Of a stretch of 64,000 nucleotides of DNA, positions 1-11,497 are shown piece after piece. The first letter of the stretch is position 1. The number at the start of each line of letters is the position of its first letter. The notes under the pieces were generated by a model that did no database searches, was not told the DNA's origin, and saw nothing but the letters and a program-made list of their open reading frames with translations. The position numbers were made by a program, and so were the translations under genes. The DNA comes from Octopus vulgaris (lineage: Eukaryota), in assembly GCA_951406725.2 (NCBI GenBank), contig OX597816.1, positions 10,478,001-10,542,000 on the forward strand. Reading direction: 5' to 3'.

Positions 1-410
1 TCTATATCTATATGCATATATCTATCTATATTTATATGCATATATCTATCTATATTTATATGCATATATCTATGTATATCTATATGTATATCTATATGCA
101 TATATCTATCTATATCTATATACATATATCTATCTATCTATCTATATCTATATACATATATATATCTATCTATATATCTATATATATATACATGCTTATA
201 TATATATGTACATATGCCTCTCTCTTTGTGTGTATATACATACGTATACATATATATACTATATACATGCTTATATATATATGTACATATGCCTCTCTCT
301 CTCTCTCACTGTATATACATACATATACATACATACATACATATATATATATATATACACATATATACACTTACATAGCTTACACACGCACACGCATGCA
401 CACACAAACA
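1..410. repeat. compound (TA)/(TATC)/(CATA) microsatellite
   Basis: Directly visible; accounts for the I/Y/H-rich ORFs at 12-500. Confidence 0.95.
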
Positions 411-915
411 ATAAACTTTTTGACAATAGCTTATGATAATTTGTGTTTTAATGATATTCAACATATTCGATATGAATAATTGAAGTAAATATTGATACAA
501 CTAAGCAAATACTGAATTTATATTGTGTCCTCAGCAGAAAGATTTATTTCCCCAAAGAGATAGGTAATTAAATTCTACTTCTCAAGGTTTCACTTAATGA
601 ATATATTCAATCATGTTGTCTTTCGTTTATTCTCTTCTCTTGAAATCATACACTAAACACAGCATTTTAGCAATTATATTAATGTCTCTGTGGTTGAGTA
701 GAGAGACTGCTTAGCTACAGAGATACTGCAGTCAAGATTCTAACTTTGGGGAAATAGTATTGTGTCATAAATATTTAGCCAGCCGTCGACTGCCTACGGT
801 ACTGGCGGAAACCGAAAGAGTGTGACGTGTGTTGTCGTCATTTTATTGCATTTAGCTTCAATCAGCTGTGCAGGTTAGACAGTGTGAACTCGTTAAGGAA
901 CTGTCTGCCTGATCT

Positions 916-1190
916 TCATCATCATCATCGTTCGACCGTGGTCGAGACAATGGAATTTACTATGTTACGCTAGACTTCACGGTCCATTATAGCATTACGG
1001 AGGTCCTGTTGCTGGATGCCTGTATCCCTGGTGATTACATCAGGGTAGGAGAGTGTGAGCCCTCTGGTATCGCAAGCAGATGGCTTCCAGAGGAGAAGAG
1101 TAGAAATTACCTCGTTTTCAGCTCTACAACAATGTCCAGCAAACTGGACTCTTCTACCTTTCACAAGAGATAATACAGGTGGTAGTTTCC
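916..1190 (-). pseudogene. RTE-clade LINE, 3' end of ORF with (GAT)n tail
   Basis: RRVQFAGHCCRAENEVISTLLLWKP...TLSYPDVITRDTG...MDREV*RNIVNSI matches the typical RTE C-terminus; followed by AACGATGATGATGATGA. Confidence 0.85.
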
Positions 1191-1334
1191 CCTGATCTTA
1201 TAGTTTCAGGTTCTCTCTCACTATGCAGTACAAACTTGGGCAAGTGTTTTCTGCTCTAGTCCTGGGCTAAGCAAAACCTTCTGAGTGGATTTGGTTGAGA
1301 GGAAACTGAAAGAAGCCTGTTGCTTATATATACA

Positions 1335-2350
1335 CAACTAATGAATATAAGAGGCCTGCTGCAAAACAACAGCAAATGTCAAATAGTGCACCTGAAGAAT
1401 CTTTCTGCATGCAATCAAGCTATATGCATAGCACTTACAGAAACACACCTATCTGCAGGCATAAGTGATGTGGAGATGCACATACAAATGCATGCTATCT
1501 TCCGTACAGATGAAAGAAAAAGAAGTCACGGTGCAGTTGCAATGTACATCCGCGAAGATGTCACACCATTAACCCTGTTATCAAACTCGAACTTGGTGTG
1601 TGACTCACTCATAGTACATCTAAAGCAACTTGATATGGAAGCACTCCATCGGTTATGATGACGAGGGTTCCGGTTGATCCGATCAACGGAACAGCCTGCT
1701 CGTGAAATTAACGTGTAAGTGGCTGAGCACTCCACAGACACGTGTACCCTTAACGTGGTTCTCGGGGATATACAGCGTGACACAGAGAGTGACAAGGCCG
1801 GCCCTTTGAAATACAGGTACAACAGAAACAGGAAGTAAGAGTGAGAGAAAGTTGTGGTGAAAGAGTGCAGCAGGGGTCACCACCATCCCCTGCCAGAGTC
1901 TCGTGGAGCTTTAGGTGTTTTCACTCAATAAACACTCACAATAAACACTGGGAATCGAAACCGCGATCCTACGACTGCGAGTCCGCTGCCCTAACCACTG
2001 GGCCATTGCGCCTCCACGCAACTTGATATAGTGATATGCACACTATATCGCCCAACAGATGCCTCAAATCATGATGGAAAATTTGAGGAAAGGTATCGGA
2101 GGCAGTTAGGAACCCAGAGGACATCATAAGACTGCAGAAAGACCTGAATGGAATCTACAAATGGGCTAAGAAAAATAATATGCAGTTCAATGCTATGAAA
2201 TTCCAGGCACTCCACTATCAGTCAAACACCAGGCTAAAATCAGAATACAAAAGGTAATACAATCCCAGAATCAGAGTTGGTCTGTGACCTGGACATTCAC
2301 ATGAGCAATGATGCAACATTCCATGTGAATATTACCAAGATGGTCCATGA
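1335..2350 (+). pseudogene. CR1/Jockey-group LINE relic: AP endonuclease joined to post-YADD RT region, interrupted by a SINE
   Basis: MNIRGL...IALTETHL...IFRTDE...GAVAMYIRE...ICTLYRP (APE), then RLQKDLNGIYKWAKKNNMQFNAMKFQALHY (RT C-terminal part). Confidence 0.85.
1637..2017 (-). mobile_element. tRNA-derived SINE family C, tail type 1 (probably octopus OR-type)
   Basis: Head GTGGAGGCGCAATGGCCCAGTGGTTAGG...GGTTTCGATTCCC (A/B boxes); 12-bp TSD GCAACTTGATAT at 1625-1636 and 2018-2029; near-identical copy at 50361. Confidence 0.92.
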
Positions 2351-2791
2351 TAACAACAATATTGATATACGTGGTTGCAGGCCTAAATTAGCATTATATA
2401 GCTATAAAATGAAAATTATATAAATCAAAGGACACAATGAAGTGTTTACCTGCTAGAAATAAGAGTTAAAGCTCTCATTTTCACCACCAAATATTACACT
2501 AAAAGTAACAGATACAACAGTTGTTATTATGGATTATTTGTTCTGACTTCGATAATGATAACAATATTAATATCTTATAAATATTCAATTCTGAATATTT
2601 TTGCAGCTGATTAGTAATTCTCACACTGAGGCTGTCCACATTTTGGTGCTAAGCAATTAAGGACACTAAAAGATTCCAACGTGGTGCTCCAGCATGGCCA
2701 CAGTCAAATGATTGATACAAGTAAAAGAATAAAAGACTATATATAGATATGTATAGCTAAATATATTCAGAAGATAAACACATATGTATGA

Positions 2792-2830
<39 letters not shown>

Positions 2831-2904
2831 GGTCCCGGGTTGAGTCGGGGTTAACCACAGTAAATAAGGTACTCAATGCATAGCAGAGTAAATTAATTTA
2901 TTTA

Positions 2905-2959
2905 ATTTATTTTATAGAAGGAGCTTTTATAGGGAGGAAGCTCCTTCTATAAAATAAAT
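2905..2959. repeat. perfect 22-bp inverted repeat with 11-nt spacer, in a (TA)n tract
   Basis: ATTTATTTTATAGAAGGAGCTT / AAGCTCCTTCTATAAAATAAAT. Confidence 0.9.
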
Positions 2960-3094
2960 ATATATATATATATATATATATAATAAATATTAGGGAATAA
3001 AAAGTCTTTCCTTGTTTGATTTGCAAAATAGTGGTTTGTCTCTAATTAATATTATATATATATATATACTGAATTTAATTTAAGAATGAATTTA

Positions 3095-3305
3095 ATTGTG
3101 GCTGCTGCCAGCCTCCCCTGGCACATAAAAAGCACCCACTACACTCACGGAGTGGTTGGCGTTAGGAAGGGCATCCAGCTGTAAAAATACTGCCAGATAA
3201 GACTGGAGCCTGGTGCAGCCTCCTGGCTTCCCAGACCCCGGTCGAACCATCCAACCCGTGGTAGCACGGAAAACGGACGTTCAACGATGATGATGATGAT
3301 GATGA

Positions 3306-3308
<3 letters not shown>
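3095..3308 (+). mobile_element. RTE-LINE 3' UTR fragment (family D)
   Basis: GCACCCACTACACTC...GGTTGGCGTTAGGAAGGGCATCCAGC...GGACGTT..ACGATGATG tail; many copies in the window. Confidence 0.85.
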
Positions 3309-3340
<32 letters not shown>

Positions 3341-3546
3341 ATTAGAGGATATGTTAACCTTGTGAAGGGATGATTGCATCCAAGGAAATACTGGTTCAAT
3401 ACCTAGTATGGTTGGGGAATGAAATTCCCTTAAAACAATAGTCTATATAAAGCATATATTTTATATCCAGTTAAAAGAAGAAAAGAGTCTGCTGTGATGA
3501 ATTGATAAGTCCACATACAGCATCCCAAGGTATATCTTTTTGAGTT

Positions 3547-3646
3547 TTTTTCTCTGATGAAATTATGCTAATGTTACATAAATGGAAATTTAATTTACAA
3601 ATTTGTAATTAAATCATTGAGTATTAATTGAAACAGCTGTAAAAAG
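3547..3646 (+). ncRNA. degenerate type I hammerhead ribozyme motif (PLE pseudo-LTR type)
   Basis: CTGATGA(3554)-AATTA...TAATT-GAAA(3630)-CAGCTG-TA; palindromic stem III; stem I TTTCT/AAAAG is imperfect. Confidence 0.6.
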
Positions 3647-3713
3647 TGAAGATGACAATTTGTTAATAATAAATAATTGTTAACTTCCTTATCTCCATCT
3701 TCTTTTCTTTGTT

Positions 3714-3750
<37 letters not shown>

Positions 3751-3870
3751 TAGAAAAAAAACACCTTTTATCAATTCATTATATTAAATAATATTAAATA
3801 ATATTTCCTCATATTATATATATATATATAGTTGAAAAAAGATTAGAGATCTATACAAATCAAATTTTTA

Positions 3871-4073
3871 TATATAAAAGATGGAGGTGGAAATAGTACA
3901 GAAGTAAGTCTAAGACATTTCAGTTTAAGAGGGAATTTAATAAAAAATTATATAAAGAAAATATTACTGGTTTCAAACCTGGTAATATTTTTTTATATAA
4001 TTTTATTCAATTCCTTCTTAAATTGAAATATTTTAGACTTACTTTTGTGCTATTTCCACCTCCATCTTATATA
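3871..4073. repeat. ~95-bp-arm inverted repeat, probably inverted PLE pseudo-LTR ends
   Basis: AAGATGGAGGTGGAAATAG...ATATTACTGG versus CCTGGTAATAT...CTATTTCCACCTCCATCTT. Confidence 0.85.
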
Positions 4074-4140
4074 TGTAAACAAATAAAGTTACATAGAGCA
4101 TAAAATATACAGATTACTAAGGAGAGAATGCATAGATTTT

Positions 4141-4700
4141 TTAACTCGACAGCTGTTTCTTGAAGCCTGGAATTATGTAATAATTGTAATGTTCATAATT
4201 ATCTGGTGGAACGTACAAAAAGGCTAGGATATATAACTAGTAAATGGTTGTATAGATATATTACTATAAGATCAAGTTCCTTCATCAGCAGAAGGAATTG
4301 GCTATAGCAGTTCACATACTAGTGCAGGAGATTTAAAAGTTGAAGGAGCAAAGAGGAAGAAAGGAATTAGATGCAGGAAGTGGGAGGATGTATGTGGCTT
4401 TCATGAGGGGGAGCAGGGAGGTAGAGGAAGAGCAAGAAGGTCAGTAATTGTAGGGTTAGTGAATGAAAATAGAAGAGGTGATTCAGAGGGAGGAGGAGAG
4501 GGGGTAAGATATGGCCAGTATGGTGATAGGAGGCCCCACTTGTAGTTGGGTATGTTGCTAAGCAGACCTTAAACCAATCAGGGATAGCTGCTGGCTATAG
4601 ATTAAGACAGGAAAAGACAAGGAATGAGATGGTGGTGGGGCGGAGTAGTAGTAGTGGAGGAGGAGGAGAGCTGCTGGGATAGGGAGTAGCTTAACTTGAA
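4141..4700 (-). mobile_element. probable PLE 3' end/pseudo-LTR relic with hammerhead-like boxes
   Basis: Pyrimidine-rich tract, then CTGATGA (4288-4282) and GAAACAGCTGTC (4159-4148); stems I and II are poorly preserved. Confidence 0.4.
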
Positions 4701-4746
4701 GGTTTTACTCCTCATTCCTTTTGCTGTTACTTCCACTCTCTCCTTC

Positions 4747-4915
4747 TTAGTGTCTCTCCTGTTCTTCTCACTCTCTGCTTTCTCTCCCTCTCCTCTTCCT
4801 CTCTCCCCGCTCTCCTTTTTAGTGTCTCTCCTGTTCTTCTTACTCTCCGCTTTCTCTCCCTCTCCTCTTCCTCTCTCCCCGCTTCCCCTCTCTCCTTTTT
4901 AGTGTCTCTCCTCTT
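4747..4915. repeat. ~72-bp CT-rich tandem repeat (~2.3 copies)
   Basis: TTAGTGTCTCTCCTGTTCTTCT...CTCTCCCCGC repeated. Confidence 0.85.
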
Positions 4916-5334
4916 CCTCTCTCTCTCCCCTCCTCTTCCTCTCCTTCTTTGTTTTCTAGGGGTATCCAACTATCCCATCTATAGAAAGACAGCTATTTCT
5001 GTGTCTCTCTTATACTCTAACCTCTCACCTGGCTCACAGAGACTTCCCTTGGTTCAACTCCCTCTCTCAGCTGAGAGGCCTTTGTCATGCAAGCTACTTA
5101 GTGACCCCCCCACTGGTACCACTTAAAAAAAACACATGTGCCAATGCCTCATAGCAAGAGTACCCATACTGGTGCCATATATAAAGCACTGTTGCTGATG
5201 TCACATAAAAAAAAATACCCAGTACAGTCTGTAAAGGGGTTGGCGTTAGGAAGGGCATCCAACCCCCCCAACCATATGAAACTATGCCATAACAGACAAA
5301 TGGACCTTGCTGTAGCTCTCCAGTTTGCCAGCTT

Positions 5335-5748
5335 TTATTTCTTTACTACCCACAAGGGACTAACCACAGAGAGGACAAACAAGGACAGACAAACGGATTA
5401 AGTCGATTACATAGACCCCAGTGTGTAATTGGTACTTAATTTATCGACTTCGAAAGGATGAAAGGCAAAGTTGACCTCGGCGGAATTTGAACTCAATGTA
5501 ACGGCAGACGAAATACCTATTTCTTTACTACCCACAAGGGGCTAAACACAGAGAGGACAAACAAGGACAGACAAATGGATTAAGTCAATTATATCGACCC
5601 CAGTGCATAACTGGTATTAATTTAATCGACCCCGAAGGGATGAAAGGCAAAGTCGACCGCAGCGGAATTTGAACTCAGAACGTAATGGCAGACGAAATAC
5701 GGCTACGAATTTCGCCCGGTGTGCTAACGTTTCTGCCAACTCGCCACC
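5335..5748 (-). mobile_element. SINE family B dimer, inserted in an RTE 3' UTR copy (about 5080-5820, +)
   Basis: Head GGCGAGTTGGCAGAAACGTTAGCAC, B-box GAGTTCAAATTCC, core GACTTTGCCTTTCATCC..CGGGGTCGAT; body present twice. Confidence 0.9.
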
Positions 5749-6532
5749 AGGTCCTGTCAAACCACACAACCCATGCCAGTAGGGAAAACAAGCGTTAAAT
5801 GATGATGATGATGATGATAATGATAATTCTGGGGTTCTCACCCTTTTACTATTTTCCTTTCCTCCCCCTCTCTCCTCTCATCTTTTGTTTCTTGTTTTTA
5901 TTTTCTCTCTTTTTACTCATTCCCCTCTCTCGCCTCTTTATTTTCTCTTTTCTCTCATTCTCTTTCTCTCCTTCCCACTCCCCCCCTCTCTCTCTCTCTC
6001 AAGTCCCAAGGTGGTAGACACAATCTTGTTATTCCCTAGACTCTAGATGCCTTTAGCAGAATTCCCGCTGTTGCAACCATGTCAACTAGGTTTCCATTGT
6101 CCTCCCACCCTCACAATCCTTTGAGGAACCCTAAAACATCAAAGGGTCATAAGAGTTGTCCCTTCCTCAGTGGCTAAACAATAAACAATTAAAAAAAATG
6201 AGAAAAAGGTAAAAAGAATGAAACAGAAAATTTAAATAAAGCATAAAATCATCCCAGATTATCACATAAATAAAGCAGGATGAAAAAATAAAATAAATGA
6301 AAAATAAATAAATTTTAAAATAATGGTTTTTGTTTGTATGAATAGCTTATTAAAACATTTATATTGATTTTTGTTTCTTTTTCATTTTTTTTTAACCTTT
6401 TGTAATTCCTTTTCTTCACAAAGACAAAAATAATATTTCTTATTGAAAGCACTGCTCCAGTATGACCCCAGTCCTGATGGTAAAAATAAAAAAATAAGCA
6501 AGCAAAAGGACTGAAGAAATAATGAACAACAA

Positions 6533-6770
6533 AATAATAATAATAATAATAATAATAATGATGATAATAATAATAATAATGATAATGATAATAACAATGA
6601 TAATAATAATAATAATAATGATAATAATAATGATAATAATAATGATAATAATAATGATAATAATGATAATAATGATAATAATAATGATGATGATAATGAT
6701 AATAATGATGATGATGAGGAGGAGGAGGAGGAAGAGGTGGTGGTGGTGGAGGAGGGTAATGATGATGACA
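6533..6770. repeat. (AAT)/(GAT)/(GAG)/(GGT) trinucleotide microsatellite
   Basis: Directly visible. Confidence 0.95.
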
Positions 6771-7214
6771 ATTTCTTTTCTTTGCCTTCAGGGAGACAGA
6801 TGAAGCGGGGGGTGGGGGAGTGCTAGGTGAAACAAAGACAAAGTGTGGGAAGTGAGATTTATACAGAATGGAATGATTAAAATAAACAAAATGGACAATA
6901 ATAATAAATATGTAAATAAACGACAAGAGAGAGAGAGAGACAAGGGGTGGGGGCTAAAACATTTCTAAAGAAATCAAAAATAAAAATTAATAAAGTGTCT
7001 AAATTCTTTGTTAGGACATCTTTTTTTTTTTTGTTCTGCAATGTTTATGTATCTGGAATACACTTGAACAAACAGTGTTTGGAAACAGTTATTTGATTAT
7101 TTGACCATTTCAATAATTCTGGATATCATCATAATGAAGTTTTAGAATTACTGGTTTGAGTTTCAATAAATCGATTTGGGTGGTGGTGATATGCTGTGCT
7201 TGAGAAGCCAGGGT

Positions 7215-7673
7215 CAGGGGTTCTCAACCTTTGTCATATTTGAGTCAGATCCCAAATCTGGATTGTTTTGAAGGGGCCACGCCAAAAAAAGTAAAATGCA
7301 AGCCAATTGAAGAAAGATACCAGCATCGCCTTACTGGCACCCGTGTCGGTGGCATGTGTAAAAGATTCGAGCGAGGTCATTGCCAGTGCCCCCTGAGTAG
7401 CCCCATGCCGGTGGCACGTAAAAGCACCCACTACACTCTCGGAGTGGTTGGCGTTAGGAAGGGAATCCAGCTGTAGAAACTCTGCCAGATCAAGATTGAA
7501 GCCTGGTGCAGCCAGCTGGTTTGCCAGCCCTCAGTCAAAATGGTCCAACCCATGCTAGCATGGAAAGCGGATGTTAAATGATGATGATGATGAGAGGGAA
7601 AAAACATTGAGGGCTGCTGGAAGGATACTTGAGGGCTGCATGTGGGCCTAGGAACCATGTTTGAGAACTGGTG
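7215..7673. mobile_element. hAT-like MITE containing a nested RTE 3' UTR (7320-7592, +)
   Basis: Termini CAGGGGTTCTCAACCT and GTTTGAGAACTGGTG are imperfect TIRs of Charlie/hAT type; TSD not clear. Confidence 0.55.
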
Positions 7674-8292
7674 TCCAGAAGACTGGTGGCAGAGTGTGGT
7701 TGAGAAGATCCATCTATCTCAGCAAATTTAAGGTCCAGTCAAACCTTTCCTTGTAACCCATCTTCAAACACCCATCCTTCCATCACTCTCCTAACAGCAC
7801 TACACACTCAGGTACTGCACATGATACCCTTTATCCTCTTATGTCTCACATCTCCCTATTGGTGAATTAACCTCTCCTCCTCCCTGATCCACTCCTATTT
7901 CCCTCACCATCCCCTGATATGCACCATTGACCTTACACCTACCCAGTACCTCATATACTCTGCCCACCTCTATACTTATCTCTAACTATCTACCACTGGT
8001 TTTTCCTGTCCACCCATTCCAGTCCACTGTCGCAATCCTCTATCTTATATTCACCCTGTACTTTGACAGTATGACCCCCAGCCCACAATTTCTCTTTCCA
8101 GCTGGAGTAGCCATGTATCTCCTCTAAAGCAAAACACTTGTTCTTGTCCCTCAATCGTATTTTAGCCTCTTAACCCATGGCACAAAGCCACCTCCCTAAA
8201 TATTGCATCCCGACTCAGTTAAGGGGTTTTTTTCTTGCAAGTTACTTCGTCTTCACCCATATAAGATGTTGTTATCTGTTTGGTGGGATACT

Positions 8293-8615
8293 CTTTTACT
8301 CTTTTACTTGTTTCAGTCATTTGCCTGTGGCCATGCCGGAGCACTGCCTTTAGTCGAGCAAATCGACCCCAAGGACTTATTCATTGTAAGCTTAGTACTT
8401 ATTCTATTGGTCTCTTAATGGAAGTTAAACGATGATGATGATATATACATATATACGATGGGATTCTTTCAGTTTCCGTCTACCAAATCCACTCACAAAG
8501 CTTTGGTCAGCCCGAGGCTATAGTAGAAGACACTTACCCAAGGTGCCACACAGTGGGACTGAACCCGGAACCATGTAGTTGGTAAGCAAGCTATTTACCA
8601 CACAGTCACTCCTAT
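8293..8615 (-). mobile_element. SINE family A (tRNA-derived), internally deleted
   Basis: Reverse complement of the AGGAGTG.CTGTGTGGTAA...GGGTTCAGTCCCACTG head and the TGACTGAAACAAGTAAAAGAG tail. Confidence 0.88.
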
Positions 8616-8616
8616 G

Positions 8617-9132
8617 AAAGATTTAGTCCACTTTGAACTTTTAAACCGAAACCAAACAAAACCAAGGAGATCTACTGCAAGCAGTTTGAGTGGCCTAAAT
8701 CAGCACTAGAAGAAAAACAGCCATCTTTGGTTTCAAGATGGAAGGTGTTTTGCCATCAGGAAAATGCTCAGGCACATACAGCGAGGATGACATTCTAAAG
8801 GCTGGACAGTTTGAATAGGAAACATTGCCCCACCCGCCATATTCACCGGACTTTGCCCCATCAGATTATCATTTATTCTGTAATCTTCAAAATCATCTGG
8901 ACAGAAAAAATATGAATTTTGTAGACGTGTTCAGAACAGTACTAGAGGAGTATTTGTCATCACAGACATGTGAATTTTGGAGGGGGCGGGGCTTGCAAGT
9001 CTACCAGATAGATGGAAGAGCACTGTAGAAAATGAGGGAGAATATATTTTAGATTAAAAAAAGAACTTTAGCATAATTTTGAAAAATAAAAGAGGTATGA
9101 TAAAACTGCATTATTTATGGGATGACCCAATA
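8617..9132 (+). pseudogene. mariner transposase, C-terminal half with 3' TIR
   Basis: PHPPYSPDFAPSDYHLF motif; ends ATTATTTATGGGATGACCCAA-TA; contains stops and frameshifts. Confidence 0.92.
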
Positions 9133-9548
9133 TACAGGGCAGAGAAACTAGAAAACCAGTCCTGTGTCCCTCATGGAGTAATGTGGACTAATCGAACACT
9201 CTGTAAAGTGGCTGGCATTAAGAAGGGCATCCAACCATAGAGAGCCTGCCAAGGCAGACATTGGGGCATAGTGTAGTCCTGTAGCTTGTCACTTTCTCTT
9301 GAAGCATCCAACCCAATCTCATCATGGAAGATGGACATCAAATGATGATGCTGGACGAAGATGACATCATCCATCCCCTGATTAAGCACTGCTACCATCA
9401 ACATCAGAATCACTGCCACCACCTGGTTAATGGGTAAGCCTTTACAAAAGATCCACTTTGAGGTGAAAGTATTCAGATCAGGGCTTCAAGTGTAAAGGTA
9501 TTATCTCTTGCCTTTCTAGCTAATGTCTTTGAAGTCCTGTTAAAGGTC

Positions 9549-9844
9549 ATGTTTGTTCCTTCTCGAACCATGCCTGGCTCATAAGGGCTGGTTTCTTTGG
9601 CGTATAGGTTCCCCACCTGGACGGGACGCCGGTCCGTCGCAGGTGAGCTGCAAGATGCAGGAGGAAAGAGTGAGAGAAAGTAATGGTGAAAGAATCAGCA
9701 GAAGTTCGCCATTACCTTCTGCCGGAACCGCGTGGAGCTCAGGTGATTCGCTCATAAACACACACATCACCTGGCCTGAGATTCGAACCCGCGATCCCTC
9801 GACCGCGAGTCCGCTGCTCTAACCAATAGGCCATGTGCCTCCAC
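9549..9844 (-). mobile_element. SINE family C, tail type 2
   Basis: Same head as 1637-2017; tail ...CCTGCGACGGACCGGCGTCCCGTCCAGG...GAGAAGGAACAAAC. Confidence 0.9.
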
Positions 9845-10894
9845 ATTGCCCATTGCCCTTTCTCTGACTAAGAAACGAAAAAACAAAAAACATTGTGGTA
9901 CCCAGTCTGGAGTGGCAGGAAGATGAGATGTTACTCACCAACTTAAACCTGCAATCCAGTTTCAATTCTGGAATAAGTTTGTTTCACTTTATTATGATTC
10001 CATTCTTTTACTCTTCTACTGGTTCCATTCATCGGACTCAAGTGAAACCATACTTATACAATTACATACGTGTGTCTCTGATTATATACATCTCTCTCTC
10101 TCTCCACACACACACACACATACGTAAATGTGTGTATTCACAACCACCAGATTTCCGATCGGTTCCCTTTTACCAAATTCCAGTCATAAATCTACAATCA
10201 ACTTAAGCGTTATTAAAAGACCCCCAAAACGTTGCCCAACGGGATCAGCTCTAGAATAACATGATTGCAAAGCTAACCTCTTAACAACCACACAGCTAGA
10301 GTAGTTCTTCCACACACACACATCTTTACGTTTATAGTTTATATCTATTATTATTCCCCCCCCCCAAAAAAAAAGCCGTATTTATCAAAGTTCTCCCTCA
10401 TCACTTCTCCGAAAATCATTGAGTGTATAATCTCCTAAATGTATATTACTGATTGTAGATGAATCAAACAATATATCCTTCTGTTTGATGTTTGCCTATA
10501 TTTATCACATTCATTACAATTATGTTTGTTCAATAAAACATTATCATTATTGTCACTGTCGGTATTGTTGTTGTTGCTGTTGTTGTTGTCGTTGTTGATG
10601 CAGTCATGGCTGAATAGATATGAAGTCGATGTCCCAATCATTATGTTCCGTTGCATCTTCGCCAAGTGTTTTTAACATATCTTTCGGGTGAGCTAAGCCA
10701 CATGGGCACAACCAAATAGATGGAAACTGTGCGGAATCCCAGAATCCCATAACTTTGATTGTACACGTAATTCAAAAGACCCAGCTTTGCTGTGTATTTG
10801 TTTGAGAATTACATTAAGGATGCACATGGAATATCATCATCATCATCATGTAATGTCTGCTTTCCATGCTGGCATGGGTCGGATGATTTGACTG

Positions 10895-11273
10895 AATATG
10901 AATTTTGTAGACGAGGTCAGAACAGTACTAGAGGAGTATTTGTCATCACAGACAAGTGAATTTTGGAAGAGTGGCCTTGCAAGTCTACCAGATAGATGGA
11001 AGAGCATTGTAGAAAATGAAGGAGAGTATATTTTAGATTAAAAAAAAGGACTTTAGCATAATTTTGAAAAATAAAAGAAGTATGATAAAACAGCATTATC
11101 TATGGGATGACCCAATATACAGTGTAGAGAAACTGAGAAATCAGTCCTGTGTCCCTTATGGAGAAATGTGGACTAATCGAACACTCTGTAAAGTGGCTGG
11201 CATTAAGGAGGGCATCCAACCACAGAGAGCCTGCCAAGGCAGGCATTGGGGCATAGTGCAGTCCTGTAGCTTG
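10895..11273 (+). repeat. local duplicate of 8909-9288 (mariner end plus flank) inserted into an RTE 3' UTR copy
   Basis: Colinear match over ~380 bp that continues beyond the mariner TIR. Confidence 0.92.
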
Positions 11274-11497
11274 AACCAGGTTCCAATCTGATTAGGCAAA
11301 GTTTCTACAGCTGAATGCTCTTCCTAATGCCAACCACTCTAAGAGTGTAGCGGGTGTTTTCTACGGGCCTCCGGTATGGGTACCAATGACCTGACGGTGA
11401 TATCAGCCATGACTATGGTCTCACTTGACCGGTCTATACAAGCATTGGTATATTGCCAGTGTTGGTCACTGGTCACTGCCTCCATGAGGCTCAAAGC

